IMG/VR virus record: IMGVR_UViG_3300009430_000004
Span: 62,001-126,000 of that record
DNA length: 64,000 nt
Reading direction: 5' to 3' (one strand)
The translations under genes were made by a program, and so were the position numbers. Of this stretch, positions 39,255 through 49,133 are shown one piece after another. The notes under the pieces were generated by a model, which was not told where the DNA came from, ran no database searches, and saw only the letters and a program-made list of their open reading frames with translations. The stretch's first letter is position 1. Every line of letters begins with the position of its first letter.

Positions 39255-39421
39255 TGGTAATGATAGAGAAAGAAAAAGTAGAATCTGTTGACTGGATTGA
39301 CTTTGAAGATGTTGAACTTAATAATGCTACTAAAGAACATTTCGACCAGATTGATACTCTTATAACAGATGAATCAAATCGAGATGATATAGGATTCAGG
39401 GTTCGATATATTCTTAAATAG
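39251..39421 (+). CDS. Small acidic protein (56 aa, below track cutoff)
   Basis: ATGA overlap with the upstream stop; MMVMIEKEKVESVDWIDFEDVELNNATKEHFDQIDTLITDESNRDDIGFRVRYILK. Confidence 0.5.
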   Translation: MMVMIEKEKVESVDWIDFEDVELNNATKEHFDQIDTLITDESNRDDIGFRVRYILK

Positions 39422-39444
39422 TCAAAAACAATCAAATAATAAAT

Positions 39445-40008
39445 ATGGCACTATCTCAGTGCCATATTTTTTTAGGAGGTGATGAAATGAAGTTACATGT
39501 TTTATTTGATTCAAAATCTAGTAACGTTGTGGCAATGGCTGAAGAAAAAGACTATGTCCTCCGTTATATCTTACAGAATAATTTTAATGAAGACTATAAA
39601 ATATCAAGTATCAAAAAGAAAAGTTTAGTTGAGAAATATTTGATAGTTTACGAGGAGTTTTTATTAGATGAATATGAGGAATTAGTCCTCACTACTCTTG
39701 AAAGAAGAATAGTTAATAATACTATGGGTGAAGAGCAGGCGAGGATAGAAAATACTATTGACGAATTAATGAAAATGGTCGCAGAGTATAATTTTAGTAG
39801 TAAGGATTCTGCTAAACTTAAAGAAGCTATAAAAGTATTAGAGAAGAATTCTAAGCCTAAGCGACTAAGTATTCTACTTAATATTAAGGAGTTTATTTTC
39901 ACTTTATTTTCACCAAGTGGAAAGAATATCATAGATTATTTTAAACAGCAATTTGGTATACAAGAGGAAACTAAATACTTCATCCACATCAATATAGAGG
40001 AGGATTAG
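39445..40008 (+). CDS. Hypothetical protein, likely paralogue of 50346..50813 and 50826..51293
   Basis: Likely start 39487 after AGGAGGTG; similar N-terminal beta pattern and C-terminal helical pattern to the other two. Confidence 0.55.
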   Translation: MALSQCHIFLGGDEMKLHVLFDSKSSNVVAMAEEKDYVLRYILQNNFNEDYKISSIKKKSLVEKYLIVYEEFLLDEYEELVLTTLERRIVNNTMGEEQARIENTIDELMKMVAEYNFSSKDSAKLKEAIKVLEKNSKPKRLSILLNIKEFIFTLFSPSGKNIIDYFKQQFGIQEETKYFIHINIEED

Positions 40009-40009
40009 T

Positions 40010-40339
40010 ATGAAAGATCTAGGATTCACTATAGAACGTAAACCTGGGGTTAGGGAAGGTTTGGTAGTAATAAAACCTGGTGAGAAGACAGGTGATGATA
40101 TTAAAAGTATTCATGAACTTATGCAAATAAAGGATAAACTTAATCCAACGGAATTCTATAATTGTCTTATGGCTCTAAATGCTGGAGCTGAGTTTATCCA
40201 TTTTGAATATAATGACGAGAAGGATTGTATTGAGATAAGTCATGCTTATTATTTTACTGACGAATTTGAATATGAAACTTGGAGGAAAACTTACTCAATA
40301 AGTTATCCTATAGAGATTATAAAGTTGAAAAAAGAATGA
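40010..40339 (+). CDS. Hypothetical protein
   Basis: 109 aa; SD GAGGAGG. Confidence 0.55.
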   Translation: MKDLGFTIERKPGVREGLVVIKPGEKTGDDIKSIHELMQIKDKLNPTEFYNCLMALNAGAEFIHFEYNDEKDCIEISHAYYFTDEFEYETWRKTYSISYPIEIIKLKKE

Positions 40340-40396
40340 GGTGTACGTGAGTACACCTATTTTTTTATATTTGGACAAACTTTTATTTAAATAATT

Positions 40397-41131
40397 ATGA
40401 ATGGGATGGGTAATATGAATACCGCAGGAAAGCTAATAGTTATAGAGGGACCAGATGGTTCTGGAAAGAAAACACATGCAAAGAAACTATCGGAGAGGTT
40501 AGATAAAGAGGGAATGAGTAATATGCAGGTAGCATTCCCAAACTATGGGTCACCTCAATGTGCAATGGTTGAGAAATATTTAGACCCAAATGGTGGATTT
40601 AAAAATCTCTATGGTGAAGATAATCTGACATATATAAAACAAGCATCATTATTTTATGCAATTGATAGAGTTGCAACGTTTATTGATACAAAAAACGAGA
40701 CTGGTGAATCGTTACTTGAAATGTTGAGACAAGGTATGCATATAGTATGCGATAGATATACCACATCCAACATACTTCATCAGGTTGGAAATTTATCACA
40801 CACTGAGCATATGATTCCATATATTGACTGGGTTCAGGACACAGAATATTATCATCTCGGCTTACCAAAGCCAGACCTAGTAATATTCCTTGATGTTGTA
40901 CCTGAGATTTCCATGGAGAATATGAGGCGTCGTTACCATGGTAAAGATGGTGTTGACAAACATGAGAACATGGCTCACTTATCTAAAGTATTTGAGAGAA
41001 AAGATAGAGTTATTAAATACTGTGGATGGGAAAAGATAAATTGCTGTGACGACAAGGGAAAGATGCTTCCACAAGAAGTAATACACAAATCCATTTTCAA
41101 GAAGGTTAGGAAAGTACTAAATCAAAAATAA
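40397..41131 (+). CDS. tmk: Thymidylate kinase
   Basis: LIVIEGPDGSGKKT P-loop; LFYAIDR; CDRYTTS; LPKPDLVIFLDV. Confidence 0.9.
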   Translation: MNGMGNMNTAGKLIVIEGPDGSGKKTHAKKLSERLDKEGMSNMQVAFPNYGSPQCAMVEKYLDPNGGFKNLYGEDNLTYIKQASLFYAIDRVATFIDTKNETGESLLEMLRQGMHIVCDRYTTSNILHQVGNLSHTEHMIPYIDWVQDTEYYHLGLPKPDLVIFLDVVPEISMENMRRRYHGKDGVDKHENMAHLSKVFERKDRVIKYCGWEKINCCDDKGKMLPQEVIHKSIFKKVRKVLNQK

Positions 41132-41217
41132 GTTTAACCCTATTGGTAAACTCTAAGCCAACAATTATATATTATTAATAAGTGTATATAAAATAAAAAC
41201 CTTAGGGGGTAGACAAA

Positions 41218-41550
41218 ATGATTTATAGTATTAATCATGACAAAGTAGGTTTATATGCAATTAATTTGGATTGGGTGTTTGCTCATGGGACTCTAGAAGA
41301 ATTCCTAGAATATGATTGTGTTAAAACCGATTCATTAATGGTATTCCATCATTATCTTAAAGTGGATAAAGGAGAATTACCATATGCTATTATAGAAGAT
41401 AGTGCCGAAAATCAATTCGGTGAGATAGTTAGAGTTAAAATATTCTTATGGAAAACCCAAATTATGAGAGGGTTTATTGTTAATATAAGAGATGAAGAAG
41501 CTATTAAACATGCACAAGAAAAATTCGACGAAAGGTCGACCATGTTGTAA
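41218..41550 (+). CDS. Hypothetical early protein
   Basis: 110 aa; early-type promoter at 41166-41175; terminator near 41578-41625. Confidence 0.6.
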   Translation: MIYSINHDKVGLYAINLDWVFAHGTLEEFLEYDCVKTDSLMVFHHYLKVDKGELPYAIIEDSAENQFGEIVRVKIFLWKTQIMRGFIVNIRDEEAIKHAQEKFDERSTML

Positions 41551-41734
41551 TAAATTATAGATTTCTCAGCCTCTCAAAATAGTGTCTACATATACGGAAA
41601 TCCGTGTTGTAGACATTATTTTTTTGTCTAAAATTGACTTTTAAAAGTTGGAACAATACAATGAATCCAAAATAGGGTGATAAAATTGTCACCCTATTAT
41701 TTTTTTATTCGATGACCAACTTTTAAATAAATCA

Positions 41735-44146
41735 ATGGAAAGAAATGTAAAATCTAGGAGGATGGGAAGTATGAAACCACAAATTATTTCTGACAATGCA
41801 CAGAGAATTTTAACAGAGAAAAATTACTTTAGAAATGGTGAAACCCACTGGGGAGATATCACCGACAGAGTATCAAAAGGAATCTCATTAGGAGAGCCTA
41901 AGGTAGAAGACAGGGAGAACGTTGCTCATGAAATAAATGAAGCATTAAAATCCCTTGAGTTTATATTTAGTAGTCCATGCCTTCTCAACGCAAGTGTTGT
42001 GAATCCTGGACAATTATCATCATGTTTCGTGGTAGGGTTGAGAGACAACATAGAAGCTATCAGTAAATGTGATGCAAACTTTGCAAAGATATTCCAACGT
42101 AATGGAGGAGCTGGAACAGACTTATCTGTTTTAAGACCTAACAAATCAAGAGTTGAGAATACTAATGGTTATTCATGTGGTGTTGTAGGATTTATGTATA
42201 AATTCAATGCAACAGCAGATATAATGACAAGAAATAATCCTACTAAAAGAGGAGCATTAAAGCTAAATCTTTCAGTATGGCATCCAGATATAATTGACTT
42301 CATCCACTCAAAATCAAAGGATGGGGAACTATCATTGATGAATATATCAGTTTCATTATTCGATGAGTTCATGATGGCTTGTTTAAATGATGAAGACTGG
42401 AATCTTGAATTCCCTGATTATTCATTTAATAAGGAAGTATATAACAATGAATGGGATGGAGACCTTGCTTTATGGAAAGAAAAGGGTTACCCTGTAGTTG
42501 TTTATCAGACTATAAAAGCAAGAGAATTGCTTGACATACTTTGTTTACAAGCATGGAAGACTGGTGAACCTGGAGTTAACTTCCAAGATGTAATGAATAG
42601 GGCTAATATGAATCCACATCTTGGTAGACAGATATTCACAAATCCATGTAACGAATTTGCTAATCTTATTTACACAAGCTGTAACTTAGCAAGCTTGAAC
42701 TTATTAAGACTTGTTATTGCTGGTAAATTTGATAGACAAAAGTTTATTAAGATGGTTAAGAATGGAATTAGATGGCTTGATGATATGATATCAGTTAACA
42801 AGCTCCCTCTACCTGAAATTCAAGAAATGACTGAGAAAATCAGACCTGTTGGATTAGGTGTTATGGGATTTGCTGATGTTTTATATGCTCTAAGAATTCC
42901 ATATAACTCAGTACAGGGTATACAATTTGCAGATGATTTGTTCTCTTTAATGAGACAGGCGGCTATTGAAGCTTCATCTGAATTAGCAGAGGAAAGAGGA
43001 TGTTATCCTGGATGGGAAGGAAGCAAGTGGCAACAGATGGGTATTCCAATGAGGAATAGTAATCTCTTATCAATTGCTCCAACAGGAACAATCTCAACAA
43101 TTGCTGATGTAAGTGGTTCTATTGAGCCAAACTTTGCATTAGTATTCTACAGAAAGACAAACTCAGGACAAAAATACTTATTCGTAAACGAGACATTCAA
43201 AGCTGAACTCGTTGAAAGAGGTATATATAGTGAAGAATTACTTGAGAAGATATTCAAGAATCACGGAAGCTGCGTGGGTATATCAGAGGTTCCAGAGGAT
43301 ATGCAGAGAATATATGTTACCGCACATGATATCACACCAATGGATCATTTGGATATGGTTGCTGTAATACAAAAACATATCGACCTTGCTATCAGTAAAA
43401 CAATTAACTTTGAAAACTCTGTTCCAGTTGAGGATATTAAGGGAGTTATTACTGAAGCTTGGAAAAAAGGTGTTAAGGGTATGACTGTATACAGAGATGG
43501 GTGTAGATCTGACCAGACTTTAACAACAGGTTCTACTTATGATAAGAAAGAAGAACCAAAGAAGATTAAGACAAGAAGAGAAATGGGTAGAAGACTTCCA
43601 GGTGCAACTTATGATGCTGAATCAGCATGTGGAAAGTTCTATTTAACTGTAAATAGAGATGCTGAAGGTAACTTTGTTGAAACCTTCGTTAATTTCAAGA
43701 AAGGACTTTGTAAATCAAATATAGATGGACTTAACAGGATGATTTCATTGGCTTTAAGGAATGGAATTCCAGCCGAAGCAGTAATTGAACAATTGAAAGG
43801 AATTTCATGTTCAGCTTGCACTAGAGTTGCTTCTAATGGAGATAAGCAAATTGATGGAATTAGCTGTCCAGATATAATTGCTAAGGTTCTTGAGCAAGAA
43901 TTTAAAATGGCTGCAACAAATCAAACACCAGTATCGGTGAATAAGGTTGAATTTCCAGCCGTTTGGACAACAGGTAAAGATGTTGCTGGAACAGGAATAG
44001 ATGCTAATTTAGTTAAATCTCATAAAACTCCACAAGAAGTAGCAGAATGTATTGCTAATAACATCTGCCCAGAATGTGGTACTGAGTTAACTCACGGAGC
44101 ATGTGTAGAATGTCCAGATTGTGGCTGGAATAAGTGTGGAGCTTAA
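41735..44146 (+). CDS. nrdJ: Class II (adenosylcobalamin-dependent) ribonucleotide reductase with TSCPD-like and C-terminal Zn-ribbon regions
   Basis: QLSSCFV, TGEPG, TNPCNE, SCNLASLNL, RPVGLG, IAPTGTIS, ISKTIN, KGMTVYRDG, SCPD, terminal CPECG...CPDCG. Likely start 41771; no NrdB gene nearby. Confidence 0.9.
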   Translation: MERNVKSRRMGSMKPQIISDNAQRILTEKNYFRNGETHWGDITDRVSKGISLGEPKVEDRENVAHEINEALKSLEFIFSSPCLLNASVVNPGQLSSCFVVGLRDNIEAISKCDANFAKIFQRNGGAGTDLSVLRPNKSRVENTNGYSCGVVGFMYKFNATADIMTRNNPTKRGALKLNLSVWHPDIIDFIHSKSKDGELSLMNISVSLFDEFMMACLNDEDWNLEFPDYSFNKEVYNNEWDGDLALWKEKGYPVVVYQTIKARELLDILCLQAWKTGEPGVNFQDVMNRANMNPHLGRQIFTNPCNEFANLIYTSCNLASLNLLRLVIAGKFDRQKFIKMVKNGIRWLDDMISVNKLPLPEIQEMTEKIRPVGLGVMGFADVLYALRIPYNSVQGIQFADDLFSLMRQAAIEASSELAEERGCYPGWEGSKWQQMGIPMRNSNLLSIAPTGTISTIADVSGSIEPNFALVFYRKTNSGQKYLFVNETFKAELVERGIYSEELLEKIFKNHGSCVGISEVPEDMQRIYVTAHDITPMDHLDMVAVIQKHIDLAISKTINFENSVPVEDIKGVITEAWKKGVKGMTVYRDGCRSDQTLTTGSTYDKKEEPKKIKTRREMGRRLPGATYDAESACGKFYLTVNRDAEGNFVETFVNFKKGLCKSNIDGLNRMISLALRNGIPAEAVIEQLKGISCSACTRVASNGDKQIDGISCPDIIAKVLEQEFKMAATNQTPVSVNKVEFPAVWTTGKDVAGTGIDANLVKSHKTPQEVAECIANNICPECGTELTHGACVECPDCGWNKCGA

Positions 44147-44218
44147 TAAAAAACATTATTGGAGATAGTTAGATTTTATCTAACTATCTCCTTAACTTAT
44201 ATTTAGGGGGTGTTTTAA

Positions 44219-44890
44219 ATGTTACCCGAAACAATTTTTCATAAATCTCCTTGGATAGAAGGGGAATATCAATACTTTGAAGATAATGACGGAACTAAAT
44301 GGAAAAGAAAATTTGATATGAGTGGTAGTAGTAACCATGGAAAATGGGAAAAAATAAGTGGAGGGGGAGAAAGGATGGAAAGAGTTGATAAAATTAACTA
44401 CTATTTAGACCAGGCTGAAGTTATTGCTGAAAGAAGCACATGTCTTAGAAGACAATATGGTGCTATAATAGTAAAGAATGACGAACCTATCGCATCAGGA
44501 TATAATGGAGCACCAAGAGGTGTCGTAAACTGTTGTGATGTTGAGTTCTGTATGAGAGAAATAAAGAATATTCCAGCAGGCGAACGATATGAAATGTGTC
44601 GTTCGGTACATGCTGAGATGAATGCAATGTTATCTGCTAAAAGGTCAGATATGATAGGTTCAACAATGTATCTAGTTGGACTCGATGTTGCTACAGGAAG
44701 TTATTCTAAATATAACAAACCCTGTAAAATATGCTCCAGAATGATAATTAATTCTGGCATAGAAGAAGTCGTAATGAGAATAGATAAACAAAACTATGAA
44801 ACCATAGTAACAGCTTCTCTTCAGAGTGAAATGGATGAAGAGATGATGATAATGGAATATGAAGCTAAGAAAATAAAGGAGGGAAAGTAA
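44219..44890 (+). CDS. dCMP deaminase
   Basis: RSTCLRRQYGA, GYNGAPRG, VHAEMNA and PCKIC Zn-deaminase motifs; the deaminase domain starts at the internal MERVDK after GGAGGGGG. Confidence 0.9.
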   Translation: MLPETIFHKSPWIEGEYQYFEDNDGTKWKRKFDMSGSSNHGKWEKISGGGERMERVDKINYYLDQAEVIAERSTCLRRQYGAIIVKNDEPIASGYNGAPRGVVNCCDVEFCMREIKNIPAGERYEMCRSVHAEMNAMLSAKRSDMIGSTMYLVGLDVATGSYSKYNKPCKICSRMIINSGIEEVVMRIDKQNYETIVTASLQSEMDEEMMIMEYEAKKIKEGK

Positions 44891-44894
44891 AAAA

Positions 44895-45822
44895 ATGGGA
44901 TTAATTAAATTAATAACTCATGGAGATATGGACGGTATCTCATGTTATTTGATGGTTAAACTTATACCTAACCATAAGAATGTAGATGTTACATTTGAGG
45001 ATTACAACACAGTCAATAATACAATAATTATATTTGTTAACAGCGGAGAATATAAAAATTATTCTCATGTCTATGTAACTGACCTAGGAATTAGTGAAGA
45101 GGCTGCTGCTAAATTAGATTCTATTAAGGATGAGTGTATGGTTACATTCATAGACCACCATGATACTAATAAGTGGATAGCTGAAAAATATTCATGGGCT
45201 ACTGTTATTTCTACAGTAGACGGAAGAAAGATTTCTGCAACAAAACTAATATTTGATAAATATAATCAATATATGCCAATCAATTGCATAGGTCAAATAA
45301 GCCTTTTCGCAAGTCTCGTTAGCGATTATGACACCTACACATGGAAAGATGAGAATAAACAAGATCCTAAACTTCTACAGGATTTATTCTCAATTTACGG
45401 TAGGAATATTTTCCTTGAGAAGATGGAGCAAAGACTAGCTACAAACCAACCTATAATAACAGAAGACGATAAGTTCCTTTCTTATGATTGAAAGACATCG
45501 TATTGATAGATATATCAAGTATAAGATGAAGGAAGTTATCTATAGAGAACTTAATGGATTTAAAGTCGGTATAGTATTTGCTGACCAATATGTGAGTGAA
45601 TTGGGAAATACTCTATGTGAAAAACTAGATATTGATATTGCGGCAATAGTTGATTTCAACTCAAAATGTATCAACTATAGATGTATTCGAGATGATATAC
45701 ATTTAGGGAAAGAATTCGCTTCACTATATGGTGGAGGGGGACACCCTAAGGCGGCAGGCAGTCAACTTACTAAGGAACTTATTAGTAGTGTAGCAGATAT
45801 GGTATTTACATTAGATAAATAG
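44895..45822 (+). CDS. DHH/DHHA1 phosphoesterase split into two ORFs (44895..45491 and 45484..45822) by an apparent +1 frameshift
   Basis: THGDMDG, VTDLG, IDHH and DYDT in ORF1; GGGGHPKAAG in ORF2. Removing one T near 45478-45480 gives continuous KFLLMIERHRIDRY. Confidence 0.8.
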
Positions 45823-45920
45823 TAAATTCAAAACCGATGTTTATATATTATAATAATAGATAGGGAGATAAGATATACCTATCTATTATTATAATTTTAT
45901 TCTGTGGGAGGAATTAAATC

Positions 45921-46667
45921 GTGGAAATTAAAAACAGTGTTGAAAAATTTATGGTAGTTGAAAGAAAGGTTCATGAACTTGTCATCTATATGGACAACAT
46001 GATTGAACTTGGTTCTATTAAAACATATGAAGACTTTAGGAAGACACTTAAAGAATATTATAAAAGTGAAAAATTCCTAGACACTTCTAGCCGTATGGGA
46101 GAACAAGCATCTATCTATATAGGTAATATGGTAAGCAGTTATATCATATGTAAGTGTGATGAGTTATTTGGTGCTAAGTTATGTCAGGAGAGTCTTAATG
46201 CAATTAAGAAGCTCGTTGAAAGCACCACAGTGTCATTCATTAATATTCTTAGCCCTTTAAGTATTTCGATGGTTAAATCAATACCAGAGGCTATGTTAGA
46301 ATATGCATGGATTTCCAAAATAACTGCTATGGCATGTGAAGAAAAATCTGTACAAACACGAGTTGATTTAATAACTCAGATTCATAGTCAAATAGAATCT
46401 GGACAAATTGATGTTTTAGTCATGGATCATAATCGTGTATTTGTAAAAGGTGTTGAAAATCAACAGCTTGTTGATACTTGTAGTAACTATAATCATTATA
46501 TTGATGAGATAGTGAAGCGACTAAATGAGAAAGGTGTTTATACGAATATAAACACAATGCATGATTTCTCCGAATTCCTTAATGAAGATATTGAATATAA
46601 CTATATAAGGGTTACTATATCGGGTAAAGGAAACTTGGATTTCATAGCAAAAGATTTCAATAAATAA
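45921..46667 (+). CDS. Hypothetical early protein
   Basis: 248 aa; GTG start with SD GGGAGG; early-type promoter at 45842-45851. Confidence 0.6.
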   Translation: MEIKNSVEKFMVVERKVHELVIYMDNMIELGSIKTYEDFRKTLKEYYKSEKFLDTSSRMGEQASIYIGNMVSSYIICKCDELFGAKLCQESLNAIKKLVESTTVSFINILSPLSISMVKSIPEAMLEYAWISKITAMACEEKSVQTRVDLITQIHSQIESGQIDVLVMDHNRVFVKGVENQQLVDTCSNYNHYIDEIVKRLNEKGVYTNINTMHDFSEFLNEDIEYNYIRVTISGKGNLDFIAKDFNK

Positions 46668-46764
46668 AATAAAAAAATAAGGTGATTTAGGTCATCTTAT
46701 TTTTTTTCTATTTTTGTAAAAAAATATAGACATGCTAACAAATATTTAATAAATAAAGAAGGGG

Positions 46765-47604
46765 ATGGTGGGTAAAATGAATAAAGCCGACAGAATATTT
46801 AGAGAACTTTGTACAAATATTATGGAGAATGGGGTTAGCACAGAAGGTCAAAAAGTTAGACCAAAGTATGCAGATGGAACTCCTTCACACACATTATTTC
46901 TAAATCAAGTTTCAGAGGAATATGACATCTCCAAGGGAGAATTTCCAATAATAACTGTGAGACCAATTGCTTGGAAATTTGGGATAAAGGAAATCCTCTG
47001 GATATATCAGGATCAAACAAATGATTTAACCGTACTTAAAGAGAAGTATGGTATTGACTGGTGGGATGAGTGGAATGTTGGAGACAACACTATAGGACAA
47101 AGATATGGTGCAACTATCCGTAGATATGACTTGATGAATAAGTTATTAAACGGAATTAAAAATGAACCATATGGTCGTCGCCACATCATCAATTTATATC
47201 AATACGCTGACTTTGAAGAGACAAAAGGATTATTCCCATGTGCAATGGAGACTCATTGGACAGTTAGAGGAGAATTCCTTGATATGACAATGATTCAGCG
47301 TTCATCAGATTACTTAATGGCTAACCATATAAACAAAATGCAATACGTTGCATTACTTATGATGGTTGCTAAACACTGTGGCTACAAGCCAGGAAAGTTT
47401 GTACATTTCACTCAAAATGTACACATCTATGATAGACATGTTGAGCAAGCTAAAGAATTATTAGCTAGAGAGCCAAGAGATGCAAGTCCTCAACTTATCT
47501 TAGATACAGATAAGACAAACTTCTACGAGTTTACAATTGACGATTTTAAGATGATCGACTATGACCCAATTAAGCCAAATGTAAAGCTAGAAATAGCTAT
47601 ATAA
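46765..47604 (+). CDS. thyA: Thymidylate synthase
   Basis: EILW, YG, RRH, LFPC (catalytic Cys), QRSSD...INKMQY, NVHIYDRH. Confidence 0.93.
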   Translation: MVGKMNKADRIFRELCTNIMENGVSTEGQKVRPKYADGTPSHTLFLNQVSEEYDISKGEFPIITVRPIAWKFGIKEILWIYQDQTNDLTVLKEKYGIDWWDEWNVGDNTIGQRYGATIRRYDLMNKLLNGIKNEPYGRRHIINLYQYADFEETKGLFPCAMETHWTVRGEFLDMTMIQRSSDYLMANHINKMQYVALLMMVAKHCGYKPGKFVHFTQNVHIYDRHVEQAKELLAREPRDASPQLILDTDKTNFYEFTIDDFKMIDYDPIKPNVKLEIAI

Positions 47605-47614
47605 GAGGTGTGAG

Positions 47615-48121
47615 ATGACTGTTAAGAATATCAGTATGATTGTAGATGTAGATAATGAGAATGGGATAGGATATCGAAATAAGTTACTATGTCATATCTC
47701 AGAAGATTTAAAATACTTTAAGAAGATGACACATGGGAAGGCAATAGTAATGGGTCTTAACACATTCTTATCATTACCTAAGGCACCATTACCAAATAGG
47801 ATTAATATAGTCCTTACTACAAAAACGGCAGGATTTGCAGACCCCAATATTATAGTAATGCATTCAATTGAAAGCGTTATAAAATGGGCTGAAGCTAATC
47901 CTGAGATAGAAGTAATGATATGTGGTGGTGCATCAGTATATGAACAGTTCATGGAATATGCAAGTAAGTTATATGTAACTCATATAGCCCACACCTTTCA
48001 GGCAGATACATTCTTCCCAGGCTTTGATGATTGGGAACCTGTTTGGGTGCAAGCTGATAGAGAAAACTTAAAACACCAATATCCACATATATTTACTATA
48101 TATGAGAAAATCCAGGAATAA
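47615..48121 (+). CDS. folA: Dihydrofolate reductase
   Basis: GIG.NKL, DLKYFKKMT, VMG..TF.SLP, PLPNRINIVLT, CGGASVY, ADTFFP. Confidence 0.93.
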   Translation: MTVKNISMIVDVDNENGIGYRNKLLCHISEDLKYFKKMTHGKAIVMGLNTFLSLPKAPLPNRINIVLTTKTAGFADPNIIVMHSIESVIKWAEANPEIEVMICGGASVYEQFMEYASKLYVTHIAHTFQADTFFPGFDDWEPVWVQADRENLKHQYPHIFTIYEKIQE

Positions 48122-48175
48122 AAATCTAATGGGTAAACATCTAAGTAAAATATTTTATTAGAGGGGGTTACCACT

Positions 48176-48745
48176 ATGCCACAGGTAAACGTTGATTTAA
48201 CTCAGGTAGTTGTATCTGTAATCGGTATTATGATGACATGGATACTTTCAAAACTTTCCAAATGGATGGATGCAAAAGCAGAAGTAATTAAGCAGGCGAA
48301 CAAGAACGACAAGTTGGATAAATATGTTGATATTGCGAAGAATACAGTTCTCGACGCTGTAAAAGCTATCAACCAGTCAGTAGTTGATGACTTGAAAGAG
48401 AAATCCGCTGATGGTAAGCTTACAGACGCAGAGAAGGAAGATATTCTTTGGGAAGCAGTTGAAAATGTATTAGCATCTTTATCTGATAATTTGAAAGGTA
48501 CACTTGCTGCTGTTTATGGCGACTTACCAACATGGGTAAAAATCCAAGTTGAAAATGCAGTTATTCAGGAGAAAGAACGTAAGAGCGACCTTGTCAGCAT
48601 AACTGACCTGGCTAGCCAGTACGGTGAAATTCTAACTGAGGGATATGAAGAAGATACTGATGTAGAAGCTGATGCACAAGCAGAAGTTACTACAGGTGTA
48701 GTTGAAGAATCAACCGATAAGGTTGAAGAGGAAGCTAAAGGTTAA
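48176..48745 (+). CDS. Putative holin (LL-H-like) with acidic C-terminal tail
   Basis: Single N-terminal TM helix; AKNTVLDAVKAINQ...DGKLTDAEK...IQVENAV pattern; late-type promoter at 48136-48147. Confidence 0.6.
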   Translation: MPQVNVDLTQVVVSVIGIMMTWILSKLSKWMDAKAEVIKQANKNDKLDKYVDIAKNTVLDAVKAINQSVVDDLKEKSADGKLTDAEKEDILWEAVENVLASLSDNLKGTLAAVYGDLPTWVKIQVENAVIQEKERKSDLVSITDLASQYGEILTEGYEEDTDVEADAQAEVTTGVVEESTDKVEEEAKG

Positions 48746-48755
48746 AGACAAAAGA

Positions 48756-48797
48756 GGGAAGAGCTGATGAAGCTCTTCCCACATATTTTATTTTTTT
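48756..48797 (+). terminator. Intrinsic terminator after the holin
   Basis: gggaagagct-gatga-agctcttccc followed by a T-rich tract. Confidence 0.7.
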
Positions 48798-48860
48798 CTC
48801 GTTTATATATTATACAGACGTAGTTATATCACGATATGAGACAATTAAGGAGGAAATAAA

Positions 48861-49133
48861 ATGGATAATAAGGGCGTTCTTTTTGACGTTATAAACCATA
48901 TGAAAATAGGAGAAGTAGTAGATAAACATCTGCAACCTTTAGTGGGGATTACCACCAAAAATGTTGACAAATATGTAGGCGATATACTCGACGCCACAGT
49001 AGAAATGTCCATTTCAATCCTCAAGGGTCAAGGTAAGATGGTTATTGATGTTCCTATGACAGACAACTTTGCTAGAATTTATAAAATGAATATTCTAGCT
49101 AGAAATATTTGCGAGGTGATGATGCATGGCTAA
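48861..49133 (+). CDS. Hypothetical early protein
   Basis: 90 aa; SD AAGGAGG; early-type promoter at 48804-48813. Confidence 0.6.
   Translation: MDNKGVLFDVINHMKIGEVVDKHLQPLVGITTKNVDKYVGDILDATVEMSISILKGQGKMVIDVPMTDNFARIYKMNILARNICEVMMHG

Noticed and set aside
30229-47604. Introns or inteins in RNAP beta, nrdJ or thyA, which are common insertion targets in such phages
   Set aside because: The catalytic regions are continuous and I saw no intein splice motifs or homing-endonuclease inserts.
46765-47604. ThyA-fold enzyme as a base-modifying hydroxymethylase
   Set aside because: It keeps the dUMP-specific Asn and is paired with DHFR, as expected for an ordinary thymidylate synthase.
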